Shown here one piece after another: positions 29,601 through 54,010 of a stretch of 64,000 bases of DNA. The translations under genes were made by a program, and so were the position numbers. Numbering within the stretch: the first letter of the stretch is position 1; each line of letters starts with the position of its first letter. This DNA comes from Euglena gracilis. Its lineage: Eukaryota. The stretch spans positions 42,654,632 to 42,718,631 of the forward strand of contig CP154954.1 of the NCBI GenBank assembly GCA_039621445.1, read 5' to 3'. The notes under the pieces are model-generated. The model saw only the letters and a program-made list of their open reading frames with translations. It had not been told where the DNA came from and did no database searches.

Positions 29601-32600
29601 TAGACATCCCTATATCCAACGACTGGTTACCTCTGTCCTCCGACCGGGGGGGGGGGGTTATTGGACAATGGGTCCAAAAAAAATGTGCAGAGTTTCAGGG
29701 GGGGGGGGGGGACGCAAACATGGACCCTCAAAAAAAAGCGACCCAAAAAAAAACACAAAAAACCGCAAAACATCAAAAGAAAACGCAAAAGAAACGCGCA
29801 TTGCATGTAAAATACAATACGAGCTCCCCCGGGATGTAAACTTTCTGCTGGAGAGGACTGATAAAAACTTTCGTCTCTGCCAGGGAAACTTTCATTTTGA
29901 ATAAGAATAAGCATTTTGTTGGCCAAAAATGCACAAATGACAAAATCGATAAAAATTTCCTTCTCTCGGGGGAAAATCGGAGCCAAAATCAGGAATTTTT
30001 TATGGTCGAAAATATTTATCCAGCAAAAATCCAAAAATCGCCAGGAAAAAATGACAAGAAAAAAAGCCAGGAAAACACAATTTTTTCCAAAATTGACAAA
30101 CACAAAAAAAGCGCAGAAGAAAAACGTGTTCCGCCCCCGGTAACCAGGACCCCACCGCCCCAAAAGGTTAAAATTTCCTTCTGGCACTTTGCACAGGAAA
30201 TTTTGGGTAACTTTGACACCTTTTTTTTGCCCCAAAAGTGCCAAAAATGTCAACTTTTGGCCAATTCTAGGCTCGAAATTTTTTTTCGGTCCGGCACTAT
30301 GTGCTGGGCCAAAAATCTGGCCAAACCCCCGAAAAAGTGACCTCCGACTGGGTGGGGGTCGTCATTGGGCTGGACCCCCCAGGGTTCTTCAGAATTTCCC
30401 TGCTGAGAAGATGGCAAGGTCTGATGCCTGATACCCTGATACTCCGATACCCTGATACTGGCTGCCTGTCCTGATCAGAGGTCGTCTCGGTCCACGGTCT
30501 GGCCGACCTGGCAGGTGGCGATTTCCAGGGGAGGAGCTAATATGCCCACGTCCCGTACTTCCTTACCAATGTCAGCTGACGGGAAAAAGGCGCAGGCTGG
30601 GAAAAAGGTGCGGGCTGGACCCCTCCACGGGGTGGGGGGGTTCGGGGGGGGGGTCCTACCGGCTGTTGGGCGGGACTCAAAAGCAGGCAAAAAAGCCCAG
30701 CCAGCACCTTTTTTTCTCGCCAGCTTCCTGCCGAAGCCGGGGTTGGGTGTCAATAATTTTTTTGCATTGCGCCGAAAAATTGGAAAATGGGGTCAAAAAT
30801 GTTGATTGTTGATATTTTTGGCTTTTTTTTTCACCTCAAAAATTTGGCTGAAAAAGATCCAACCCAGCTAGACCGTCCCCCCCCCCCAGCTTCAGAAATT
30901 CGCTGCATTTTGGGCATGGCAATTTCGCCCGGGAAGGAGGTGCAGGGTGAACTGGTGGGGGCGATGGCCTGTAAAGCAGTGGATGTGACCGCCGGGGCCC
31001 AACACCAGCGCAACGGCCCGGCCTTGCCCCAGGACAGCTTGCTGATGCCGGGGTGGGTGTGGTGCTCCGCGGCCTTGCCGGCGGCGGGGTCCTGCACCAC
31101 CACGTGCCGCCCCTTCTGGCGGCGGGCCGGCCCGCCCAACCCATACCAGCGGCGGGCTGACCATCGGGGCGGGCAGCCATGCTGGGGGCCACACTGGGGG
31201 TCGGTGTCGGCTTGGCGGACCTGCGCCACTCCGGAAACGGGAGTTCAAATGCAGTCAGGAGCTGGGTCCATGGGGTCCATACCTGGCTTGCGTTTCACAG
31301 GCGGCGGCGTTCCTAAGATGTGGGTTGGTCATCAAATCAACAATTTCGCAATGACAACACCGATGACAAAATCTTCAAAAACTATGAGTCGGAAAACCTC
31401 CCCTAAACGTTTCCCGGATGTCGTTTTCACCTGTGTCTTTGAAAAGCTGTGATTTTCCGAAGGGCCAAGGCTGGCAAGCCTTTCCCTCCCTCCCCCTTCC
31501 TGGAGAGGCCGAAAAGTGTCGGAAATTCATATTAGATTTCCCAGGCATCTGGCTGTCTGGCGATAAACACAAAAGGAGGTTTGAGTTACACAAGAGTTGA
31601 GGTTTGAGTGAGAATGTTTTGTGACCCCGTCACAAAACATTTGGGGTATGCCCACTCCCGGGGGGGGGGGGCAGCTCACCTTCAACAACAGCCTGATCCT
31701 CGCTCTGTCACCGAGGAACTCCCTCCCTTAACCGAGCTTGCCCGGTCGATTGGCAGACTGAGAGGACGAAGCCCTGCCAGGCGTGGGCTAGTGGCCAGGG
31801 CCGTTGGAACATCAGTTGGAAAAGAACGAACCCCAATAGTTGGGCAGGCACCATCAGCACAATGACCATGTGTGAAACAGCAAGGTGCAGCGATGCATGC
31901 GAACCACCCGTCAGCGTGCATGACGAACACACCAGGGGAAACAAGAGTCGCACGCACTGGCAAACCCTCGGCGAACAGCGACAGCAAGGGTCAGCCGCAT
32001 CAAGCAAATGCACAACCAACACTTGACGCTTGCACACTAAATAAGGAAGTTCTCGGCCAGGGAACTTCACCATTTCACTTCACTTCACTTTCACTTCCAG
32101 TCCACTTCAGCCGCGGGGCGGGGCGTCTCCACCCCAAAGCCCCGGCCGGAGACGCTGATGGGGGAGGCGATGGAGGAGTCGTCCCACTCCGTCGCGGCGT
32201 CGTCCTCCGCCTCCAACAGCGTGGGTTGCTGCAGCTTCAGCGGCCGCGGCGGGTGCGGCGACGGCGTGGCCTCCTCTGGCTCCCCTTTCTCTGGCGGCAC
32301 CGCGGGGTGAGCCCCGATCCCTCCTCCTGCTGCTGCTGCGGCTACAACCGACGTGTGGGTCATTTTTTCACTCTTAAAAAACCACTTCCGCCCCCCCCCC
32401 CCCCAATCGAGAGATATCGATATAAGTGCAGGTGGGAGGGCTGGTCTGGACCCCCCCCCCCCCGCCACCTTGTCAAGAAAGGGGGGGCTCCACCAAAACC
32501 GCAGCACGATCAAAATGGAGCATGTTTGGCCCGGCGGAAAATGCCGGGGCAAACCTTTTTACCTCCCCAAAATGCCATTTGGACAATTTTGGCCCTGTTT

Positions 32601-34917
32601 CGGGGAGGGGAAAAAGTACCCCTGGGAGGTCCAGACCCCCCTGGCAGGTGGGGGGGGGTTTGGACCCACCTGGAATCAAGGGGGGCCCTCACCTAAAGCC
32701 GCGCCACCCTGCTTTTATCGAAACCTGGTCCGGAGCCAAACCACGTCAACCACAACCCAGGGTGTGGAGTTAGACACACAAGTGTGGCCAAGACCCAATT
32801 CTTTGGGGATTACTCCTCCCCATGGGGATTGGCTGGACATGGAAGAATTCCAACACCATCCAGCAATTCTGTCCAGCCTTCATCCATGCAAAAATAAATC
32901 CCACTGCACACTGCGCTTGAAAGCTTCATTCCAGTTGAACCCATCTGAACCCCCCCCCCCCAGCCTGGAGCGGCTGGCCCAGCGGTGGCCTCACAGTTGA
33001 TGACGGGCAGCTGGGCCAGGATGGCCGCCATGTCCGGTGAGCGGCCGTCTGCGGCTCCCGCCACGCCGTTCGCTGCGGCAGCCGCCGGCCGGGGGGCGTC
33101 CGCCGGCCGGGGGGCCTCCGCCGGGCTGCCGCTGGGGGCGGCGGCAGGCGGGGGCGTCTCCGGGGCTGGCCCCAGGCCGCCTCTCTGCCAGCCCGGCTCC
33201 AAACCACCCGCCCTAAATGCTGTAGGCCGGAGCACTCTGTGAAAGATGACGCGCAATACCGGAAGCCAGCCAAGCCCATAACCCGTCTCGGTCACCGACG
33301 CATCAACACACGCACACAACCCAAAACCCCCATCGGTGGTGGGGGGGCGGCGGCCTGGGCTGTGCTGCCAGCGGGGGGACAGGGGGCGAGGGTGGGGCGA
33401 CAGGTTTCGGGGCGGGTGAGGGACACCCGCCGCTATTTCAAGGATGGGTCTCCCGCACAACACGGCACGCGCGACATGTGACAATGTGGCCGAGGGCCAC
33501 CCAGGTCCCCCAGCCGGGGGGGGGGGGGGGCGGAGGGGGGGAGCGGCGGGGCGTGCCGGGGCGGCACCGTACGCCCGGAGGCGCTCCTGGAGCAGGGTGC
33601 GCGGCCCGATGTACGGGCAGAGCCGCTTCCAGTCGCGGGGCTGTAGGTGCTTCACGCGCGAGCCGTCGAGCAGCTGCGCGCGGAACTGGGCCACGACCTC
33701 GTCGGTGGCCGGGCGACCCCGAGAGGGGGGGGGGGACTGGCAGGTGGCCACGCCGGGATGTCGGCCCAAAAAGTGCCAAAAAGGGGGCCCTGTGACCCGC
33801 CCCGGAACCGGACCCTGACGTCAATTTCGAGCATTTTCTGCATGTCTGGCGCGACGTGGTCGTTTTTGATTCCGTGCAAGACCAGGCACAGGTCCCATGG
33901 ATCAGCACTTGGTGGGTATCAGCCAGGGCTGAGCGGGAATCCAGGAAACCCAATCGGTAGAGGTGTCCGACTCCCCACCTCCCAGAACTTTCTCTCGGAC
34001 TAAATGCCTCACGGCCCAAAATGAAACACAACACACAAATTCCCATTTTCTGTTTTCCTTCCAATCATTTTGACTCCAGGAAGAGTGGCAGAAACGGAAA
34101 AAGCAAATGCGTCCGCTGTAAATATTATCACATCCACCCCCTTGTACTTGTCACCTGACAGGTGGTCAGAAGGTCAGCCGTAATCAGAGATCCTGACAAT
34201 TCCCAGAGCGCCAAGTTTTCAAGGTGACATAAAACTGGCCCCGAAAAGACAGCACGCTTTATGTTACAGGATGGATGGGAGACGTTACAGAAGGGATATG
34301 TTACAGGTGGATGGGAGACGACCACCTGGTCCAAGAGGGGGGGGGTAGCACCCCCCCCCCTTTGGACAGTGCACCTCCGCCTCACCCACTCCCCGGCCCG
34401 TCCTCCCTGCAATGGCCCGCCACTCACTGCCCCTTCCGAGCCTTCCGCTTCCGCCGGGGAGGGGGCCGCCCGCTGACCCCCGCGAACTCCCCGCCGTACG
34501 CCCCCCGCAGGCACTCCCGCACCGCGGCGCACAGCTCCTCCGCGGAGAGCGCCTCCAGCAGGCTGGGCGGGGGCGGCGGGGGCTTCGGCTCGGCGGCGCT
34601 GGCAGACCCGGCGGGCCCCCCCGAGGAGGACCCCCCCCTGAGGACCCGTCCCACCCAACCAAAGCAGTGGGTAAGGAACGCCTCAGCCTCCCCCCCCACC
34701 CCACCCACTGCCGGTACCGCGGGGACGGGGTGGTCCCCCGGCGCTCGGGCATCCGCTTCTTGTACGACAGGTCGCGGTGGGCGGCGTCGGCCCGCATAGC
34801 GTACGTCTGCAGCGCGAGGCGGTACTCCTCCTCGGGCGTCGGCTGGCGGGGCTGGCCGGGGTTGGGAGCTGGGCCGGCGGCGGGGGCGGGGGCGGACTGT
34901 GAGGGGGTGCCACCCAT
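23605..34917 (-). CDS. Paralogue B: SAM-like domain, low-complexity linker and bestrophin-like (UPF0187/YneE-type) membrane domain; multi-exon
   Basis: ATG at 34917, stop at 23605. Exons include 34917-34718, 34637-~34476, ~33704-~33545, ~33190-32995, 32341-~32107, ~30566-~30478, ~29575-29490, 29324-~29251, ~28573-28440, 28208-28111, 27875-~27820, ~27055-26947, 26714-~26622, ~25825-~25722, ~24327-24261, 23747-23605. Peptides: VVFPLSFSL-AAYQRREQAL, LGFERLRVFSDYRTPCTIR, NIQAMLENPYVTFGRGNAEDDINL; SAM-like FRAQLLDGSRVKHLQPRDWKRLCPYIGPR. It is collinear with paralogue A. Linker exons are uncertain. Confidence 0.8.
24971..25320. mobile_element. CCTATGTCCA-family MITE (intronic)
   Basis: Similar to 16210-16616 and 28702-29065. 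Confidence 0.7.
27161..27663. mobile_element. AAATTGCGG MITE, copy 2 (intronic in paralogue B)
   Basis: Ends are CAGGGG and CCCCTG. AGCTTG flanks both sides. Near-identical to 19476-19968. Confidence 0.9.
28702..29065. mobile_element. CCTATGTCCA-family MITE (intronic)
   Basis: Ends are CCCCCCTATGTCCAA and TTGGACATAGGGGGG. AGT lies on both flanks. Confidence 0.8.
29608..30370. mobile_element. CCTATGTCCA-family MITE expanded by an A-rich internal insertion
   Basis: Family ends lie at 29608-29680 and 30140-30370, with unrelated sequence between. Confidence 0.6.
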
Positions 34918-35378
34918 CTCTCTCTCTCCCCGGGGCTGTGGGTGGGGGCTGGGGCCGGGAGGGGGTCACATCGGCTGCGGGTCGGCCACAAACCTGCACA
35001 GCAGAGGCGGGGCGGCCGGACACAAATGAGCAGGACCGCGGCGGGGCTTGGGATGCACTGCCGAAGCTAAACCGGCCAAAACAGAAAAAGAAAAAGGAAA
35101 AGAAAAAAGAAAAAGAAAAAATAGGTAAAAAGAAACAAAAGCCAAAAAAGCCGGGGAAACGCTTGGGTGGAATTCAGTGCGAAACCAAGAAGCCGTGCTA
35201 AACGAGTTTAAGCCAGGAGCGGCCGGGTGATGGAAACCCTGCCAGAGGGTTAGGGTTAGGGTTAGTTGAATCAAGTTGAATCGTCACCCTCAGAACGAGC
35301 AGCCTTGCGCTCTTGCCTCCTGTGAGGCTATTGCAATCATTTTGCTGGAACTTCACGCTGATTCCTACCCCCTGCCCT

Positions 35379-35573
35379 CCGGGATTTTTTAAAGACCAGG
35401 GTGGGAGGGGGTCCGGGGGACACTGTTTGGGGCCAATTTTGGGGGTCAAGAAAGCCAAAAATGATCCAAAACCCGCCTCTGGCCGGGGACCCACAAGGCT
35501 CTTGGGGTACCTTTGGGGGTCCGGCGGACCTACGCACCCTACCCCCCGAGGGTCCAACCTCTGAAAATCCCTG
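35379..35573. mobile_element. Degenerate hAT-like MITE
   Basis: Ends are CCGGGATTTTT and GAAAATCCCTG. The flanks CCTGCCCT and CCTGGTTT match only partly. Confidence 0.45.
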
Positions 35574-37150
35574 CCTGGTTTCCTTCTGGAGCGCATTCTG
35601 GCACATCTGCAGCGACCTTCATCCTTCGATGCAGCCTCGCATGCGGGTGGGAAACATGGACCCTCAAAAAACGTGACACAAACAAAAGAACCGTGGATTG
35701 TGGTATTGATGCAGTGCCACACACAGTGTACGCGGTGCAACACATGGTACGAAACAGATGGTGTATTTACTTGAACATTCGACTTAGAAAAATTCCACAT
35801 TCTGTCTGAGAACAAACCATTTTGTCAACCTTTTGTCATTCTTGGATGAATTGGCCAACAAATTGCATGTTTTTAGAATCAGGGTGTTCACAACGTTCAA
35901 TCACAATAAATATCAAAATACAATTGCATAATAAAAAAATCCGGAGGTGGAAATTTTTCATTTTCCCCTCGATTACAGCTCTGTAAAAGGGAGTCTGAAA
36001 AATTAGCATACGGGACAACATCGAAACTCATGAGATTCCACATTATGCTGCCTGTGAAATGAAACAACACGGGGACACGGTCAATGTGGAAAGTGCGGTC
36101 AATGTAAAACGATTAGAAAGATATCAGGGGAAGGCGAGAAACTTACACAGTGGAAATCCAGGGGACAGAGAAGGGGGTGACAATGCTTGGCAACACATCT
36201 CCTGGGCCAGCAGGCTGGATTTAAAACACAGTCGCTGGCATCGGTGACAAAAATCAACAATTGCAGTGAGCCTGACCGCGTCGCATGGAATTGTAACATG
36301 GGCTTCTGTGATGATTTTTCCGACTCTCATGCGTAATTGTGCGCGAGACAAGGATTGCTGGCATTTTGAAATTGGTGTTTCAAAATTAAGATCGATTCCT
36401 TTCGGCGTCGGCATCTTCCCATTTCTTTCTAAGAAACCCTGCTGTGACGACCAGGAGGGTTCAGACGGTCCGGTGGGGGGAGGTCCCGCCGGCTGGCTAG
36501 GAAATGGATCTGGCTGGAAAGAAGGGGCTGGGTTGACCCCCCCCCCCAAGGGAAGCCCAGGAGGGGGGTCCAGCCAGGTGCCAACCTGAACCCAATACCA
36601 GCTTGGGGGACTGCGTCCAGTGGGCCAAGCAGGAATGCATCCGGCCAAACTGCCAATTTGCGATGACGTTTGTCAAAGAAAAATGGTTCTTTTTTGGGTT
36701 TTGAGGTTTTTACCTCAAGAATTTGGTTGAACAAATGAAATAGGACCCAACTGGGCTTGGGTTATTTTTTGGCAGGGCTTGGGTGCCAGACCCTTGAGGA
36801 GGGGTCTCCAGCGCAGCTGCTGTGGAAAAGGTGTTGGTTGGGAAAAATGTGCTAGCCCCCCCCCCCCCCCGGGGTGGGACACCCTCTAACTTAGGAATCA
36901 CCCGGTGATGACTCTGGAGACATGGCACAGTTGAGGACCCCTCACCACCTTGTGCCACTTCCCATTTCGCGATGTATGTGGAACGCCATTTCAAAAGAGA
37001 GTTGAGGCTGCCACCGATGTGGAACTCATTCGACATCGGGCCAGTGCTGGTCAGAGAGGCGGGCCAGGTCAGGAATAGGAAGGGCGAGGGGGTTCGGTCA
37101 CCACTGTCACGTCCCAAGCAGGCCTTTGCCTGAGACTCATTTAATAGACA

Positions 37151-47776
<10,626 letters not shown>

Positions 47777-48786
47777 CCCCGGCCCCGACCTCAGCGCCGC
47801 GGCATCATGTGGGGGTGGGCAGGCACCTGGAGGAGAGGTGGGGGGGTTGGACCCCCCACCCCCATGAGGTGTCGGGCGTTCCTGTGCAGCCCTTGGGGGG
47901 GGGGGTTGCTGATGCGCCCCTGCAGTGAAACCAAGGAAGGGGCTGGCGGGCTCGTGAGCTGCGGGTGGCCGCCGGGGCCGTTTGGGGAACAAATGGTTGA
48001 CCAATCGGTTCTCTCCGGCAATCCGCAATTGTCTGTGAGTGCCTGTGTCATTGCCCGTCCCATTGCACAGCACCGGTCGAAGATGGACCCTTTGCCAGGG
48101 ATGCAACAAGGCGGCTGAAAATATGCGAATACAGCACAAAGATGGAAAATGCCGGGCAAACTCCGCGAGAACCTTTGGTGCTCTTGTTCTCAGTGGAAAG
48201 GGGATTGGAAAGACCCATAACGTTCATGGGTGTTTAAAAGCGATGCACATTTCTCATTTCCAAAAACTCAAAAACATAAATAACGCAGTGCCCTGAAATT
48301 CCAAATTACGAAAAAAAAATGAACCCAACCAAACGGCGCAGAAAAAGAAAGCGAAATGCAAGCTTGGATGCAAGGCCCATTGCTTCATTTGCATGCACTG
48401 AGTTTAACTGATCAAACTGATTTTAGACTTTTTTTGGGACATTTTGACAGAGAAATAATTATTGTAAAAAGAATTGTAAAAGAATTTCCCCCCGAAAATT
48501 GCAATTTATTTTGAATCTTTATGCAAATTTACATATGCATTTGCATTTCATAAAAATGAACGTGCTATGAAAATAGACTGTGAAACTTTTGAAACTCTGG
48601 GAAAAGACCCTCTGAGCAGTACTACAAGCGGCCAAACAAAAGAAAACCATGAAAATATACATGATTCAAAAATTTGCACAATCCCAGAAACGTAATAACA
48701 CAACCCGAAATAAAATTTTAAATCAATAATGCTTTGACATGGAACAAAAATTTGCTCTCTGTGTTGCCAACGCCTGTCAGTCAATA

Positions 48787-48802
48787 TCTGTCTGTCTGTC
48801 AA

Positions 48803-48859
<57 letters not shown>

Positions 48860-48878
48860 GCCTGTCTGCCTGTCTGTC
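48787..48878. repeat. (TCTG)n microsatellite
   Basis: Direct reading. Confidence 0.95.
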
Positions 48879-50824
48879 TCTCAGGCGGTCTGGATAAAGG
48901 CAGAAAGTCGGGTGGCTGGTTTGCTGGCTGGGTGGCAGTGCCCAAGCCTTATTCGTTCCTTGCAGATGTGGACTTCTTAGGACTCCTCGACCATACAGAC
49001 TGAATCTGGGATCCAGGATATTTTGTTGTCCCTCCAGTGAAATGTCTTAAAACACCAGAAAAGCAGAAAAAAAAACCCATTGATGATTTCCCCACAGAAT
49101 TCATGATTTTCAGGTGTATGAAGGCAATTGGAATTCTGGTGTGTGGATTATGGATCGGTGTGAATGATACATTGTTTCCTTCCATTTGCCATTTTTGATG
49201 TGGTGTCAAACAAATGAGCGACTCACAAACAACATTTGATCATGTGGGAAGGTGGGACATGCTCATTGCTAAGAGTACAATCATCGGCAGGGAAAACGAA
49301 AGATTGGGCGGGGTGAGGGTGGGCGTGAGGCGTGATGGGACAAAATAATTAGAGTCGGAGGCATTCTGCGCTGGAGCCTGCGAAAACATGGCCCTTGACC
49401 CATGCTGCGAGGTACAGACACGGAGGGTGGAAGACATGTCTGCCTTACACAAATGCACAACACACAGCACACAAGGCAGCATTGTTCCGCGAATGGCCCT
49501 TCAGAGGGACAAACTGTGTCCAGGCGCTCCTTCGCGGAGGGCGGGGTGGGGTGACTGCTTCTCCCCCCCCAACAAACTTCAAGACCCCGAACATAATGCA
49601 CATCGTGTCATTTGTCCAAGAGCTGTGGAAGTGGAAAGGCAGTGCCAAACGGCGTCAGCGCAGCCAGTAGGGGGGCGGTTCGGTGAGACAGTGGGGCAGA
49701 CAGTGAGGCAGTGGAACGGGTGCACAACACACAGCGGTGCCAGGGAGGCGTGCAAGCGGGAGGGGTGGGAGGTGAGTGCGGGTGTATAGGCAGGGCCAGC
49801 TGTGAGATCGGCCACAGCCCCAAACCAGAAGCCTGACCTGCAAGCAAAGGGGGCACCGGGAAGTGGCGGAATGGAAATTGGGGGTTGGAATGGAATCCGG
49901 TCCAATCGTCTGCACTCACCTTTGCACCTCTCGCCACGTGCGACCCACTTTTTGGGGTGGTTTGCACTGAAGACCAAATGAAAGAAATGAAACGGGCACC
50001 GCCAAACACCAAGGCAAGAGGGGGTATATTTAGGATGGTATTGCCAATGGACTTGACAATGAGGAGGTATGTGAGAGACAGAACATTTGTTTAGTCCCAG
50101 TATTCATGGGCAGCGGGCAAGCAGAAATTGTTGAAATTGGCAGGGGGTATTTAGGACCCTTGGAAAGGGCAAAAAAAAGCAAAAAAAGACTGCAAAAAGC
50201 GCTGAAATTTGACTTTATAGATCTTTTTTTTGGAGGGGGCCACGTTCATCAAAACGTTTCAAAGCAATAAACATGACCAAAGTGCAAAAATAAAAATTCT
50301 AATTCAAGACTTTTTTGCTCAAAACAGAAAAGATCCTTCAAATACTACTTATTTACTGTCAAATAATTAAAAAAGACACTGCAAAAAACAAGGAAAATCA
50401 AAAGAAAACAAAAAAAAAGGATTTCTGTGTTCCCCCATTGCACCAAGGGTGTCATGGGAACACTCGGCAAAAACAATTATGGAATTGAAATCCGGTGGGT
50501 TTTTACATTGGTAACGTTTGTCAAGACTCCGTGACGAAGATGAAAATGTAATTCATTTTGGAATTTGAACATAAAAAACCTTGCCCCATCCCAGCCAAGA
50601 AGTGAAGTGAAGAATTTTTTTTTTAATACCCAAAATTCCTTTTTGAAGAAACCCGAGGTCTTTTCTAAAAATTTAACAATTTTACGCCATCTGCTATGAA
50701 TTATCATCATATAATGAAGTCTTAAATTAAAAATTACTCAACCCCACAACAAAATGCATGCAAAATGGTCCAAATGTGAAAGTTTTCTATGCGGAAATAA
50801 ATAGCACCATTTAGTGGGTCCAAG

Positions 50825-51123
50825 CATGCTTGTGCTTACCGACCGGGGGAGGAAATGGGTGGGTGCTGTATGGTGCATGCCCCTAGCAGGCACACCCCCC
50901 TGGGGGGGGGAGGGGGGGACCCAGAAATTCTTCATTGACAATGGCCTTTTCCGGGCCCCCGGCGCCCAAGGCGCCTGGGTCGGAGGGGGGGTGCCTACTA
51001 TGGGCAGGCAGCCCCCAAAACCCTAACCCCCAGGGGGGGGTCAGATCGGGTGCTATGGGGTGCCTGCCCCTAGCACCCCCCCCCCCCCCCCGGGGGATAG
51101 GCACCCGACTAAGCACAAGCCTG
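50825..51123. mobile_element. hAT-like MITE, 299 bp, with a perfect 8-bp TSD; related to 1697-2977
   Basis: Ends are CATGCTTGTGCTTA and TAAGCACAAGCCTG. The TSD GGTCCAAG lies at 50817-50824 and 51124-51131. It shares the GGCACCCGACTAA subterminus with 2954-2966. Confidence 0.9.
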
Positions 51124-51462
51124 GGTCCAAGTTATGTTTGTGTTAAATAATAAGTTTGGGGTGGGAAGAGCAGCATCTTTTCCCCAGTCGCATTCTTTTT
51201 TTGCACCATGAGAACTCCTAAAAGCGCCATTGTGACCATTCTTTTTCTTAAAACCTTCTTGCGCTCCACACCAGGAACTATCCTTTTTGACGCAATTATC
51301 AACTATTTCAAATTAAAGACGCCCGGCGGAGGGTTGGCAGCCACGCTGGAAGCCAAGCGTGGCTGCTGCTGCTGCTGCTGCTGCTGCTGGGAAGCTGGAC
51401 CTCCTGGGGTCCTCATGGTTTGCACCCCCCCCCCCCCCCGCCATCGCCCTCCTGGGGCACAC

Positions 51463-52944
51463 CTACAGCGCGGTCCAGTACACGGTGGTGATGCAGTACA
51501 GGTACTTGTTGCTCTCCTCCTTGTGCATGTACAGGTTGTCGCACGTGATGTCCCAGAGGCAGGAGGAGGCCAAATGCAGCCCCGCGCCTGCGAGGAGGGG
51601 TCCCCACTGCGAACTTGTGGCTGTTGGACGGTGGGGGGGGGCTTTTTGAGGGAGGGGGGTAGGGGTGGATATTGGGTTACGGCACAGGGGGGAGGAGGAG
51701 GGCGCATGGGGACCGCCAGAGAGAGGTCCATCAACGCACCGGTCTTCCGCATGATCATGCAGGTGATGACGAACTTGAAGGGCTTGTTGAGGGCGGTGAG
51801 CTTCTTCAGGCATGTCTCCACGATGGTGTTGATCCAGTGGCTGACCTAAGGCGGCAAAATGGAGGCGCCTCTCCTTCCGCTGTCGGGCAGGTCCATGGTA
51901 CCCCGCTCTCGTGGGAGGGGTGCAGAATGGGACTGGGCAAATTTCTCCTTTCATGACGTTTTCGCGCCCCATGCCAGGCAACCGTGGGGTTGCTGTCTTC
52001 TTTCGAAACCCCACACAGTGACTATTCAAAAGCCAGTTAACCCCCCCCCCCAAATAACCTGGCGAGGTGCCAGGTTATTGGAACCAACTTTTGGCCCTGC
52101 CCCCCCCCCCCCCGCCAGGTTATTTGGACAGTTTTTTTTCATCGTCGTAATGGAATTTTGCCTAAAAAGGGCATGCCAAGTTACTGGAACCATCTTTTTG
52201 CCCCCCCCCCCCCGGCAAAGTTATTCGGCCACTGCCAGGAGCAATGGCCCCGCCAGGTTATTTGGAGGGGTTTACTCACTTTTGTTACCTCCCTTTGGGG
52301 TATTCAGGGTCACTTTGGTAATGACGAACCGCACAGGGAAAAAAGCCGGGAAATTTCGGCGCTTGGCGACGGGGTTACAGAAGATGAAAATTCTACCCAA
52401 TCCTGATACCCCCCAAAACCTCACCTTCATTTTGCACGAACTACCACTACCACTTTACCCGGGGAGAAAGAGGTGTGGGGTGAAGAAAACAAAAACAGTC
52501 AGTCAGCTGGGTATGGTGATGCCCCGAACTTTTTGGTGTTATTTCGCTGTGTTCCTGTCATCTAAAGGGTCCTGCGAGCTTCTTGCTGCATACCTTCCAG
52601 CAAAGCATACCATATTGTAGGGGTAAAAATGAAAAGTGTAAGGAGCTTGCCAGGAAGGAACGGGAACAAAAATTCACGCCCGCCCAAAGGTGCACAGGAA
52701 AGCCTGGTGGAGGGTGATCGACCCCAACCCACCCACCAGGATGGGGTGGGGGTGGTGCCACTCACCTACAAGGTTTGCAGGTTCCTGCTCAGCTCCCCCC
52801 CCCCCCCCGTGCCGCGCACACGTGCACCTTGGAGTGGTCGTACTGCATGTTGCCGCCCACCACAGAGTCCACCGCATCCTTCACGATGACGTTCACCTCC
52901 TCGGGCTGGATGGTGGTCTCCTCCGGCTGCTGGAAGTCATCCAT
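51463..52944 (-). CDS. DYNLT1: Tctex1-type dynein light chain, 115 aa, 3 exons, two GT-AG introns
   Basis: Exons 52944-52828, 51845-51740 and 51587-51463 (348 nt) give MDDFQQPEETTIQPEEVNVIVKDAVDSVVGGNMQYDHSK-VSHWINTIVETCLKKLTALNKPFKFVITCMIMRKTG-AGLHLASSCLWDITCDNLYMHKEESNKYLYCITTVYWTAL*. The sequence has typical Tctex1 motifs. The symbol denotes the family, not tested orthology. Confidence 0.93.
52039..52271. mobile_element. MITE in Tctex1 intron 1 with a TTA 3-bp flanking repeat (PIF/Harbinger-like)
   Basis: TTA|ACCCCCCCCCCCAAATAACCTGGCG ... CGCCAGGTTATTTGGAGGGGT|TTA. Confidence 0.75.
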
Positions 52945-52988
52945 CCCGGGTGGGGTGGAGCCCTGGGGTGGAGCCGGGGGGGGGGGGG

Positions 52989-53035
52989 CTGCAGTGGTGA
53001 GGCGGGTAGACAACCTCCCTACCCCCTGTGCACCC
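52989..53035 (-). promoter_or_regulatory. Candidate spliced-leader trans-splice acceptor upstream of Tctex1
   Basis: CTGCAG lies about 45 nt upstream of the ATG. Similar CAG acceptors precede the other genes (47827, 34994, 18314). Confidence 0.4.
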
Positions 53036-53419
53036 ACCCCCAATACTCACCAACCCGAGTCGCTCATGGCGCTTTGTGTCTGTGCGCGTTATATGTCGAG
53101 TGTGTATGTGTGTGCATGCGTGTGTGCACGCACGCGTTGTGTGTGTTGTGTGTGCGTGCGTGCGCGCGCGTGTGTGTGTTTGTGGGTGGGTGGGTGGGTG
53201 GGTGTGCTCTCGGTAAATGTATCGAGGCTGGTTTTGGGGGGGTGATGGGTTTCTGCTTCGAAGCCTCTGATTTGTCGGTACCGGAGCTGCGGCACTGCTC
53301 CTCCGTCCAAACAACTCTTCCTATATCTGCGCCAAAAAAAACTCAGACACCCACCGCTGCAACTCTTGAGCCCCCCCCCCCCCGTGTAGCCACTAGCCTT
53401 CCCAGGCTTCCGTGTTAAC

Positions 53420-53680
53420 ACACACATACAACACATACAACACACACAACACACACACACCCAGACCCACTCACACACCCACACCTACACACAACGCAAC
53501 GCAACGCAACGCAACACACCACACCACAACACAACACAACACAACACAACACAACACAACACAACACAACATAACACAACACAAACACACACAATACATA
53601 CAAGGCACACACAACACACACAACACACACACACACACACACACAGACATACCACACACACCTACACACCACAACACACA
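53420..53680. repeat. (CA)/(CACAA)n low-complexity tract
   Basis: Direct reading. Confidence 0.9.
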
Positions 53681-53724
53681 CGCCTTCTAGGCAGCAGCCC
53701 TGGGTCCCGACCACACTGTTGCTT

Positions 53725-54010
53725 ACCCGGCCCCCTGGGGGGGGGGTTCACGTTCCACTTTCAAAAAAACCAGTCAATCCTTTCAAAAACCAGTCACCCA
53801 CTTCCTTCCCCCCGTGGGGGTGGTCGGTCACTTTGGCCACTTGGCCAAAAATGGCCAAAAATCAAAGGATCTTGGTCAAAACCCCAAATTTTTCCAGTGC
53901 CTTTGGCCAAATCCAGGCCGACGCCACCCCCTGGGGGGGGCCAAGAACCAGTTAATGACTCCGAAAAACCAGTCAGTCACCCCACCCCCCGGGGGGGGGG
54001 GTCGGACACA
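53725..54010. mobile_element. AAACCAGTCA-repeat MITE (relative of 3646-3950)
   Basis: It shares CACTTTCAAAA..CCAGTCAATC and the CCAGTCAC..CCCCGGGGGGGGGTCGG end. Confidence 0.65.

Noticed and set aside
35247-35264. True telomere
   Set aside because: Only about three hexamers, internal, with unique sequence on both sides.
36059-36420. GHGQCGKCGQCK zinc-finger-like peptide on the plus strand
   Set aside because: It arises from a short direct repeat (GGTCAATGT x2) in a frame that soon closes. There is no supporting exon structure.
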